DNA from: Spongospora subterranea f. sp. subterranea
Taxonomy: Eukaryota
Direction: 5' to 3'
DNA length: 64,000 nt
NCBI GenBank assembly: GCA_049724395.1
Contig: JAUGWO010000135.1
Coordinates: 62,001 to 126,000 of the forward strand
Part shown: positions 1-10,616 of the stretch, in pieces
Position numbering within the stretch: position 1 is the first letter of the stretch
How the letters are laid out: each line of letters begins with the position of its first letter
Position numbers and translations under genes: made by a program
Notes under the pieces: generated by a model
Seen by the model: only the letters and a program-made list of their open reading frames with translations
The model's database searches: none
Told to the model about the DNA's origin: nothing

Positions 1-59
1 CCGGACTGTATGATCAAAAAATCTCAATCCCACGCTGCTTCGGTTATTTCTTCGCATGC

Positions 60-1230
60 CTTCATCGCTGCATCCTTATTCATCGACTGTGATATGGCGA
101 GAAACCACTGTATGCCATCATATCCCTCTTATCTGTGATCGACGGCAATCACTTACCCGCCAAACAATCTACCTCGACTTGACCGCGACAGACATACGAT
201 TTCAGCCGCGTTTGTTGTCATTGGCAGCACGGTTTATCCAATCATTCTCGGTATGTCATTCTTGAGACAAGCGAATCCGTTCATCGAGTGGGAGAAACTC
301 ACCCTCTGAGCTCAGCCAAAACGCTTGAGACGAATCCGGAAATTAAGACAGAAAGGGCAACGGCGCTTAATCTACTCTCTCAACAGTGCCCGGTTTTCGC
401 AATTCACTCAGGGCTCCTCAATGTCGATAACCATTGTGATCAGGCTTTGAATGGTGTTCCCACCGCTCGACTTCCTGAGAAATATGCGGATTTTGCCGAC
501 AAGTCTTCCTAAAAAGGGAGCTGAACATTGCCTGCTCACCGGGCCGGGGTGGATTGCGCGATCAATCTAGAAAAAAAAAATTGGAGTGTTATCATACAAA
601 CCCTGCTACTCCACATCAGTAAAGGAAATTGCTGCGTTAACGTACCTACATAGAGGAGAACCTCGATCGCAGATTCATCAGCGATTCACAGTCCACGATG
701 GGATTCCCAATTTCTTCGTTCGACAAAAGGACGGCTCTTTACGTTTATGCGTCGATTACCGTGAGTTGAACAACATTACGAAACGGGAACCTTATCCTCT
801 TTCGAGTATCGGTGATATTCTACACCAACTGGGCAGCGCGAACATCTACTCGAAAATCGATTTGCGAGGAGCCTACAACCTGATCAGGATAAAGGAAGGC
901 GATGAGTGGAAGACCGCGTCTCCTGCTGCGTTTCAACGAATCATGAACGCAACATTCCAACAACACCTTGGCCGTTTCGTCGTCGACAGGAACGTTCGTT
1001 GGGTACAGTACCTTTGAAAGCTTCGTGAAAAAAGGTATTGTTCGCGAAATTGGAGAAGTGTGCTTTCGACGTAGATAGAGTCGCATTCTAGGCTACATAT
1101 GTCAGTCCGCGAGGAATTGAGATTTACCCGGAAAAGGCATCAAGCATCACCTCATGGCAAGTCCCGTCCTCTGTCAAAGGTCCGGTGCTTTCTCGGTTTC
1201 ACTAATTCTTTTATCCTGAGTTCATTGTCA
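60..1230 (+). mobile_element. Degenerate Ty3/Gypsy pol fragment (protease end, RT, start of connection/RNase H)
   Basis: IILGMSFLRQANPFIEW (protease end), LPAHRAGVDCAINL, FFVRQKDGSLRLCVDYRELNNIT..YPL..KIDLRGAYNLIRIKEGDEWKTA, and later LEKCAF..FLGY and FLGFTN. Frameshifts and internal deletions are present. Confidence 0.9.
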
Positions 1231-1241
1231 ATTACTTCAGA

Positions 1242-1570
1242 TTAGCGGCGCCATTCTATACCAAAAGGACGTACAGTACCTTTCAAATGTGAGACGCGAC
1301 ATCCCAACTGAAATTCTGGTCTCAACGCTGCAGTGTATTGAGACATTGCTTTGCGGTCAACGTCCATATGCCTTCCGGCTCCAAAGTCGATGTAGAAACC
1401 ACGACGCAATCCTGGTGAAGTTGAAACCAGGGCAGAAGAGTAGGCGGGAATGTCGCTGTTTATTGGCGAAGGCTTGGTTTCGGCAATCCTCGTCGGTGTG
1501 GACGGAAAGTGGTCCATGAACGGAACATGGCTTCCCATTGAACACCCGTCGACGGTTTGTTCTGGTTGCG
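1242..1570 (-). mobile_element. Ty1/Copia-like gag zinc-knuckle/protease remnant
   Basis: FYIDFGAGRHM resembles the Copia protease motif WxxDSGAxxHM. A knuckle-like CSVHGPLSVHTDEDC lies upstream. Confidence 0.55.
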
Positions 1571-1703
1571 AGCGCGGCGACTTGCGATCGGAGTAGGAAG
1601 CAGGCATTGCAACCAGAACAAACCGTCGACGAGTGTTCAATGGGAAGCCATGTTCCGTTCATGGATTACTTTCCGTTCACACCGACGAGGATTGCCGAAA
1701 CCA
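1475..1703. repeat. Inverted repeat (fold-back), arms about 95 bp, loop about 39 nt
   Basis: 1475-1569 is the reverse complement of 1609-1703 with only a few mismatches. Confidence 0.95.
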
Positions 1704-1739
1704 GGCGCCTGGCGGTGACCGAAACCTGGATCCATTCTA

Positions 1740-2454
1740 GAGAGATTTGGACAGATGGTCTCAAATTTTAGGATGTTTGTGGTTTTTGTTGAGAACCTGC
1801 CTCGTATTGGCTGGAGAAGGGGTACGATTAGCCTTTTGTTCGGTAATCCTGTTCATTTGTGAGTTCTGGTAGACCATGTGAGTCTTCGTCGCAGAACGAT
1901 GACCAGGAGCGAGAGTGTTAGAATTGTACGATATTGTGTAAAAAACCTTTGAATTACAATTCGAACCAGTTGATATTTACAGTGAGCTGCGTTGATATAG
2001 ATCTTGAAAATCATTACCAGATGACGAAAACACGAAGTCAACCAAGAATTTCTTCTCAAGCATTTTTGAAACAATGCCCAATGCTTTGAAAAATGTCGTC
2101 AAGATTAAAACCTCTATATTTTCTAACAATTCCCAATACGTTGAAATTGCAATTTCACTCAACGGGTAAAAGATCGCCAGCGATCATTACATGTAAGGCC
2201 AACGACAACACTACTACAATAGATTGGGGGCTCACCGTCTAACGGCAGTATTATAAAGCCCTAAATTGGTTTCGCTGATGGGCATTGAACGGTTTTGCTG
2301 GTTGAGGGTGGGAAACTTGTTCAACCACGGGTGTCGACCTGGTTGTATTCAATCCTTCATTCTGCTGATGTAATTGTCCCAACCGGGTTACGAAATGTAA
2401 AAGATCGTCCAGTTTTTGCGTTATAATCCTTTTGGTATCCCAGTTGCTCATCAA
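1740..2454 (-). mobile_element. Possible degenerate LTR-retrotransposon gag remnant
   Basis: Broken ORFs with a coiled-coil-like start and PAKPFN (similar to gag PxxFxG), lying among other retroelement debris. Confidence 0.3.
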
Positions 2455-2816
2455 AGTTGGCCGATTAGTTCCCGACTCTGTCGGTGTATCAGGACCAAGT
2501 AATTCAATCAGTCAATTATGAGTTGGTGTTGGGTTGAGAATTTAGAAACACTTCAAGAGAGAGAAAAATGAAGGATTTTAAAATAACAGATAGTGATGGT
2601 AGGACCTCCCTTTGCGCCATCTGGCGTCGGCACATTTGGATTCAGAGGAAGAAATCACGTATTTGCTGAAGCAAGAAGCTGGTCTAATACATTGACCGGG
2701 TTCGCAGATGATCACCGGGTCTTGACAACCGTGATCAAGTGCTAAAGCTGCTCGTAATACAGCACTCATCCTGACACAACATTCTCTGGAAGCCACTGTT
2801 AAGAAACTCATTTCTA

Positions 2817-3753
2817 GTGTTCTTTGAATGAATACGTCGATGTGGATACCAGTCTATTTTCGCTTGTTTCTTAGTTTTCCTTGCGAGTTTGCCTTTTTGC
2901 TTTGACCCGATTGATTGTGTGGCCCTGGACGGGTGGTTCGAGGGCCTGGAGCATTTCCCTGTTTGGATGTTGAGCCGTTGTTTGGTTTAGTCTTTTTCTG
3001 GTGTTGGTAGAAATGAGTTTCTTAACAGTGGCTTCCAGAGAATGTTGTGTCAGGATGAGTGCTGTATTACGAGCAGCTTTAGCTTGAGCTCGTTGTTCTT
3101 CTTTTAGCGCTTTATTCTTCGCATAAGTTAATCTTCGAAGAGCGAACTGAAGGATGAAGAATCTGTCAATGTTTTCAAGAAGAAGTGTAATTGCAGTTTG
3201 ATGATTCTCACTCCAGCTTGGAAGGCCTGGACGAACGGGCGCCGATGCTGGTGAGTAGCGTGTCGAGGTCCTTAAAGAAGGTTTCTCGTATCTTGACTTT
3301 AGACTGTTCAGCTGATTCACGCTTGAATTTCAGGGCAGCTGCTTCTTTATCAAAAATAAAACTAACGAGAGAATTGAAACTTTCTGGAGAGGTGGAGTGC
3401 AACGATTTTTGTAGAATTGGCAGTTGCTTTAGAAGGTGGGCTGGCAACGTCTGCGTAGCACGTCCTAACTCTAGATCTTCAATGGACTGAGAGATATTGT
3501 CTACTGTGCATTGTTTAGCAACAAAAGCCTGACACGACTTAGTAATGAATTGCTTGATCAGAGGAAAGTTTGTCCAAGGGAGGACACCTGCAAAAGGTGC
3601 AAATGCCTGGTCCATCGTTCGGAGAGCGCCTGATAGGGTTTTTCTTAGGTGATAAGAGTGAGAGTGGCGACTTTGGGTGCCGATTAAACGCAGATGTTTG
3701 GTGAACGTGCGTAAACTGAGAAAAAAGAGAGTTGTCCTAGTTGTTTCTGCCAC
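2817..3753 (-). mobile_element. Penelope-like element 5' region / ORF1-like coiled-coil ORF, frameshifted
   Basis: Overlapping ORFs 3208-3753 and 2871-3320 have helical, basic content (KALKEEQRAQAKAARN, RVKAKRQTRK). Its pieces are shuffled together with RT pieces at 5284-6250. Confidence 0.55.
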
Positions 3754-3904
3754 AGTATTATGGCTATAGATCTAGCTTGGACGTTCTCTCGTGCTACTGG
3801 GCAAACTTCTCCATTAGGTCCGCCAAAACCATTTTCCTAACGAGGTTATCTTTGTCTTGACATTGCTCTTCATCCCGTTAAGAGAGAATCTTGAGGACAG
3901 TGAA

Positions 3905-5283
3905 TTAAGGAATTACCGAATTCGCGATGAAACGTTCTTGTTCTGATGAAATATTGGATCGCGAACAATATTCTAGAAGATTTTTGTTTCTTTTAAACGA
4001 AACGATAAAACTAACGCCAAGTGTATTGGCTAATTCAGAATCTTTAAGATTATGCACCGATTGTTTCAGTTGCCTAGTGATTTGGTTATCGTAAAAAGGA
4101 ATAATAAATGGCATAATCTTCCCCGGGTTCTTTGCATCGAGAGTGCATAAATCTAAAAAGTTAACCCGCATTTTTGAAACATCGAATGTAAATGAAATAT
4201 TACGTTCCGTATGGTTCATCATGAATTGCAATTCGTTGAGTTGGGCCTCGGTGCCTTTGAAGATAATTGAAACGTCATCGATATATCGTTTGTAGTAGAG
4301 AACATGTGGAGATGCAAAGGCTGCATTATCTAATTCTTCTAGATACAAGTTAGCACATTGAACGGCACAATTAGTACCCATTGCAATGCCGTCAAGCTGA
4401 TGGAAGATTTTTGTTCCATAGATGAAGTAATTGGATCGACAGATAAAGTTGAGAATGTCTGCCAAAAAGGGCTTTCTTGTCCTGCGTTTGATTTTATCAA
4501 CCAGCGAGTCGATATTGATGTTGGTATATAGAGAAGTTATATCTGCAGATATCAAGTAAATTTCACTACCTTGGAAAAAGAGGCCTTCTAAGTCTTTGAT
4601 AAGGTTCATTGAATTCTTCATTGAATGCTTACAAGGAAAGTGGAGCAGATAAAAGTCCAATAAAACTGACCATTTGTTGGTAATCCAGTTGGGTGCGCCG
4701 ATGATTGGACGTCCAGGGGTGGGATGGACTCTTTTATGCAGCTTTGGAAGGCAGTGAAAAACGGGCAAGGTGCGGCCTGGCACCTCAATGAACTTGTTTT
4801 CTCGTTGTGTCAACATGGGTTTGCATTTCTCGATGAGGAAATTATTCTGTTGGGAAAGAAGAAGTAAAGTTGTAGACCAGATTTCATCTTCCACAGTACC
4901 TATAAGATTGTAGTGATTATCATCTGATAGGTGCTGCATTACCATAGTGTTGTAAACAATGGTAGGCATAACGACTAGGCCAAGGTTCTTGTCCGATTGA
5001 ACAATCTTAATGAGAGGGTTGCGTCTAAGAGCGGAAAGATCGCGTATAAGAGGATTCATTCTTGACTTGAATGGTAATGGTAGGTGTCGGTTAATGATGG
5101 CTAACGCGGATTTCTCTAACAAATTGATGAAGAGAGTTGTAGCGGGATAGTTGAAGGTGGAGCCCAGTTAGAGAGAGGCAGTTTGAGTTTAGGATTATAT
5201 GGTTCCGCAGGTTCTCTCGGTGGATGGGTTTCAAAAAAGTCTTGCGTTTTGATGCGCTTGATAAGCAAGGCAAGGGCATCTTT
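3905..5283 (-). mobile_element. Penelope-like element reverse transcriptase, no endonuclease visible; frameshift near 5120 and thumb deletion near 4145
   Basis: PLE motifs: KRIKTQDFF..SNWAPP, IVQSDKNLG, LPKLHK, GRPII, SADITSLYTNI, GIAMGTNCA, RYIDD, VNFLDL and a terminal FKRNKNL. Confidence 0.9.
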
Positions 5284-6250
5284 AGGGAAATGCTCCAGGC
5301 CCTCGAACCACCCGTCCATGGCCACACAATTAATCGGGTCAAAGCAAAAAGGCAAACTCGCAAGGAAAACTAAGAAACAAGCGAAAATAGACTGGTATCT
5401 ACATCGACGTATTGATTCAAAGAACACTCTATTACCTAACTTTCCTTGTAAGCATTCAATGAAGAATTCAATGAACCTTACCAAAGACTTAGAAGGCCTC
5501 TTTTTCCAAGGTAGTGAAATTTACTTGATATCTGCAAATATAACTTCTCTATATACCAACATCAATATCGACTCGCTGGTTGATAAAATCAAACGCAGGA
5601 CAAGAAAGCCCTACCATATTCCCATAGTACGGTCGTTTTTAACAAAAAGTAAGAAAGAATCTTGAGGACAGTGATTAAGGAATGACCGAATTCGCGATAA
5701 AACGTTCTTGTTCTGATGAAATATTGGATCGCGAACAATATTTACCTAGAACGTCCAAGCTAGATCTATAGCATTCAAGTCCACTGAAGAACCATAATAC
5801 TGTGGCAGAAACAACTAGGACAACTCTCTCTTTTTTTCAGTTTACGCACGTTCACCAAACATCTGCGTTTAATCGCTTGTTTCTTAGTTTTCCTTGCGAG
5901 TTTGCCTTTTTGCTTTGACCCGATTGATTGTGTGGCCCTGGACGGGTGGTTCGAGGGCCTGGAGCATTTCCCTGAAGAATAAAGCGCTAAAAGAAGAACA
6001 ACGAGCTCAAGCTAAAGCTGCTCGTAATACAGCACTCATCCTGACACAACATTCTCTGGAAGCCACTGTTAAAAAACTCATTTCTACCAACACCAGAAAC
6101 AAGAGTAGCACGTCCTAACTCTAGATCTTCAATGGGCTGAGAGATATTGTCTACTGTGCATTGTTTAGCAACAAAAGCCTGACACGACTTAGTAATGAAT
6201 TGCTTGATCAGAGGAAAGTTTGTCCAAGGGAGGACACCTGCAAAAGGTGC
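5284..6250. repeat. Mosaic of about 7 fragments (about 90-170 bp) of the adjacent PLE in mixed orientation
   Basis: 5284-5428=rc 2817-2960; 5440-5611=rc 4468-4640; 5656-5742=3886-3972; 5748-5875=rc 3682-3787; 5873-5974=2860-2961; 5974-6099=rc 2995-3120; 6104-6250=3454-3600 (approximate). Confidence 0.9.
5779..5821 (+). ncRNA. Hammerhead-ribozyme-like motif (imperfect minimal type I)
   Basis: GTCC-a-CTGAAGA-a-CCATA-atac-TGTGG-ca-GAAAC-AAC-TA-GGAC. Both core boxes and stems I and II are present, but the junctions are imperfect. Confidence 0.35.
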
Positions 6251-6556
6251 CTCAGCCGCGCGCCCAGTCCTGTGCCCTTGCATCTCGACCCCCTCGTCAC
6301 AGTGAAGTTGTACCCTCCTTGTTTCATACGGTGGCCAAAGCTACTGGCCGGTGAAGGCGCCTCATCAGAGCATCTCTGCTCCGAAGTAGGTTGTCTTCCC
6401 TGTTGGTGGCGCGGCACCGTGTAGACAAAGTACAAATATCAATAAATAACACAAAAACCCTAAAACCGAGTCTGTAACGATGGAAGGCCAAGGGAGGGGG
6501 GCCGGTACGGCAAATTCCTGCTTGGAACAATCGGCATAGGGTAGTGTGATTGGGTC

Positions 6557-7920
6557 ATGGTCAATCGGCCAGCGTTGAAGCCCGCTCAGACCTATCAGGA
6601 CTGGGTCGATAATTCGTTATGTGATCCAATACAGCGGCGAATACCTGCTGTAAGGGATAGCATCTGTCTGGGGTTTTATTGTGTGGTCTTGTAGGGACGA
6701 CACACTCTAATTTCAATTCCCTTATAGTGGCTCCCGCCTAATTACATCTCATTACTCAACAATATTGTTTGCTGGGCAACGTTTGTCTTGGCCTTCGCAA
6801 TCGTGTCTGCAGCGAGTCAACAGAGATACTTAGTGGCATCTTTTTACCGCATGATGGTTGGCATTTTAACTTTCGCCTCAATGGTAGCGTATTGTTAGAG
6901 TCAGTTTGATAGAAGGATTAAGTTCATTTCAGGTATTGGACTGCATGGATGGGCGCCATGCTCGTGCTACTGGGCAAACTTCTGCATTAGGTCAGCCAAA
7001 ACCATTTTCCTAACGAAGTTATCTTTGTCTTGACATTGCTCATCATCCCGTTGTGTTATTTCCTGTTATTGGCCAAATTGAATCCTGCTATCATTTGAAC
7101 GAATAACTTCTAGGGGAATGTATGGATCATGGTTTGGACACGATCAATATTCAGTTGATATCGGCATCCTTGCTGGTGTCCTGTCAGTTAGAACCCCATG
7201 TCGTGTGCACCATGCTGGGCGGATCCGCTATGGTCTATCACGGCCAGGTTCTGCTCTTTCGCCATACGCACGTCATAGACGTTGGTGCCTGTCATCCTTC
7301 CAAATCCAACTTCTTCTCACAGCGTCATGCAGAGATGCTCCCACATCTGGTGTCATAGCACAATCCATCACTGCTGTCGTTCATGTCGCTGTGGCCGTTC
7401 TATTAGCTTTTTGCGATAGGCAATCGCATGGCGTTCAACTCATATTCAATATCGTCATTGTATTTTCTTCGCTCAAATCCTAGTCCCAAACTCATCCATA
7501 CTTTAGGTTTACGGGATTGTAGTTCAAATTGAAAATTGCTATTTCTATGTGTCCCGTCTTGAATCATCTGGGTTGGTAAAAAACTACGTAATTTTTGGGC
7601 TGATCTCATTGATCTGCTCGATTTTATACCTATTTGGGTTAGTGTCACAACCTGAATTCATTATTCTCTATTGCATGATCGCCTTCAGATCAACTGGACT
7701 TACTGTCTTATTCTCGGTATTATCATATCTGACGATCCACAAGTATTTCAGCTCATACGGCTTGTTAAGGTTGTGAGTAAGGTTAACCCTGGTGTTGTTC
7801 TCGCCGCACATACCCCCCAGTTTGACCTTTTCTTATCGCATCGGGTCTCAGCATATTGTTGCTGGACCGTGCTGTTTTAACCCCTATCGGCTTGTCCATA
7901 CCTTATTCGCCATGGTTAAT
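6557..7920 (+). CDS. CDP-alcohol phosphatidyltransferase (choline/ethanolamine phosphotransferase-like), multi-exon; 3' end approximate
   Basis: Exons 6557-6649, 6728-6883, 6933-6990 and 7114- splice in frame at GT-AG to give RIPAWLPPNYISL and the family motif DCMDGRHARATGQTSALGECMDHGLD, followed by TM segments. Confidence 0.85.
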
Positions 7921-8554
7921 GAGTGCCCTTATTGTGTTCATAAATCTCTATCACGTGTATAGATGTCTTCCCTGGTTATATCGCATCGAAATAAAAAAGG
8001 AATAAGCTCTCGATTTACAACCGATATAAAACGGAATACACTACAACTGACATGAACTGAATCCACATTTTTTCAATACCGAATGATTTTGTTGTTTTCG
8101 ATTTGACATGCACCGGTCTACATAGGATTACGCAGACGTCATTTTATGGAGTGTACAATCGCAATCGTATTCAGCCGACAATACGTCACATTCGGAGTCA
8201 TAAGTTCGCCTTTATTTCTGAGGTTAAACTGAGAATCCCATTGGGGACCTGGTTAACTTGAACCATCATGACATCATCACTTCACCTCTTAATACATGCC
8301 GGGCGCGGCTCAGGCGGCGGCGGCACAGTGCACTACCACCCAGACTGGCTGCGCCCGCGGCGGGCTAAGCACAGCACAACAGTCACCCACACCGACTGGC
8401 GACTGTACACCATCAAGGTTGTCGGACTTGATGTTACACTGACGCACTTATTGATCTTGAGTGGCTTTGAAACCTAACTGTCTCGAAAGCTCATAATCAT
8501 TCCATTTCGACCGGTCAACTTCGTGTTTAGTCCTTTGCGTAAGAATTCGACGTC

Positions 8555-10167
8555 ATGGCTGTTGTTGCCTCCGCTCCTGCCACGCCAGCGTTCTTGAAAT
8601 ACGCTGAAGAGTTATGCGCCACCGCAAAAGCCATTGTAGCCCCAGGCAAGGGCATCTTGGCTGCTGATGAATCAACGGGCACCATCGGTACAGTGAAGTC
8701 TTCATAATTCCATGGTGTTCTTGTAACTCATGCTCCGGACAGGGAAACGGTTTGAGGCGATTTCAGTTGCTAATGAAGAGGAAAACCGTCGCGCCTATCG
8801 TGAACTTTTATTCACTGCCTCAACTGGTACTTCTGTCAAATTTGGATATAACACAGATAATCACCTAGTTCAGATATCGGAAAATATATCGGTGGCGCCA
8901 TTCTTTACGAAGAGACACTTTTCCAGAAAACGGTCACCGGTAAACCATTCCCCGAGGTTTTGAAAGAAAACGGCATTGTTGTTGGTATCAAAGTCGATAA
9001 GGTGCTAAGCCCAGTCATTTCGCACCCTGCCCTTGTAAACCTTCAATGTTCAGGGTACAGTTGAACTTTCTGGAACTGATGGTGAGACGACAACGCAAGG
9101 ACTTGATGATCTAGCACAGCGCTGTCAGAAATATTACAAGGCTGGTGCTCGCTTTGCCAAATGGTAGGTAAACCTGCTTTAATATGGTAATTTTGGTTTG
9201 ACTCTTCAACAGGCGCTGTGTTTTAAAGATCACTGATAGTTGTCCGACAAATCTTGCCATGATTGAGAATGCTAATGTTCTTGCAAGATATGCCAGCATC
9301 TGTCAAGTATTTTCGTTGTGTGGTCTGTAAATGCGAGATGTTCAGCGATATTTCAGGCGAATGGTCTGGTCCCCATTGTCGAACCAGAAATCCTCATGGA
9401 CGGAAAACATGATCTGGTCTTCAAATTACTATTTTTCATAACTTCAATTTCTCACCAATTCATCAGGCGAGAGCTATGGATGCTACCACCACAGTATTGG
9501 CCACTGTATATGCCGCCCTTGCATGTCATAAAGTGTTTTTGGAGGGAACCCTGTTGAAACCAAAGTTTGTTTGGTTTTCCCAAAACGTCGTCGAATTAAT
9601 ATAATTTTCTTTCACAGCATGGTGTGTCCAGGCCAAGACTGTCCTATCAAATACACCCCAGACCAGATCGCATTTGTAAGATATCGAGTTTGCAGTTCAA
9701 ACCGATGCATTATTGATTCGATCTGCCAGGCAACGGTTACAGTGCTTCGCCGAACAGTTCCTCCTGCAGTTCCTGGTATCACTTTCCTATCAGGAGGCCA
9801 GTCAGAAGCTGAAGCTACCCAACATCTCAATGAGATCAACAAAGTTGCCCTAGCCAAGCCATGTAATCGCGTTTATTGTTTTGATGCATCCATGTTAAAC
9901 CTCGTTTGATCAGGGGCACTAACCTTCTCTTATGGGCGCGCTCTTCAGGTAGAGTTCAATGCTTATTCTTGAATCCGAGTTTCTGAACAAAAAGAATAGG
10001 CGACGGTATTGAAGACTTGGATGGGGAAGAAAGAAAATGTCTCCGCTGCGCAAAAAGCTTTGTTGGTACGAGCGCAAGCTAACAGTGAAGCAGCGGTTGG
10101 AAAGTTCGGCAAGGTTGAAACCGGTGCAGCGGCAGCCAGCCTGTACCAAGCTGACTATAAATACTAA
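8555..10167 (+). CDS. FBA: Fructose-bisphosphate aldolase class I, about 10 introns
   Basis: [68 protein letters not shown] and C-terminal SLYQADYKY*. Confidence 0.97.
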
Positions 10168-10616
10168 TAAGTGTAAAGGCGAAGCGGTCGGTTTTCTGAG
10201 TTCACTTTTTATGCAATGCGTTGATTTGAATATGGAATACTAAACGATTACGTGATGGTCACTTGGTTTCGTATGTTCAGTGGCTGGTATAACTGCCCAT
10301 ATGTGATGCGAACGTATGGAACTCGACGGTCGTCGACAAACGAGTGGTGTCTGTAGTAGTTTTGGCGAACAGATTCGGAATGCCAAGCATTGATGACGAT
10401 GAGTGTATGGGTGACCAGAATGACCGCGCAGACAATGCAAATCGATTGTTGATAGCGGCGATCGTTGATTTTGGGATCGGCAACATCGATTTGGACAGCG
10501 GGAACGATACGCTGCCTTCCGTCTGGCAACGCCATTACCAGATAATGGCAATATGGGCAGGCGACCACACGATAATATCTGCCCTCAAAAACAGAGCCGG
10601 TTCATGAATACCATAA

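Noticed and set aside
3943..3978. CTGATGA plus hairpin as a hammerhead (also near 5713)
   Set aside because: No GAAA follows stem II, and it is antisense to RT codons.
6321..6385. Minus-strand CTGATGA...GAAAC hammerhead
   Set aside because: Stem II does not close properly, and no stem III/UH cleavage site can be formed.
8298..8400. GCCGGGCGCGG resembling the 7SL/Alu 5' end
   Set aside because: The similarity stops after 11 nt, with no SRP helix or terminator. It is probably GC-rich promoter sequence.
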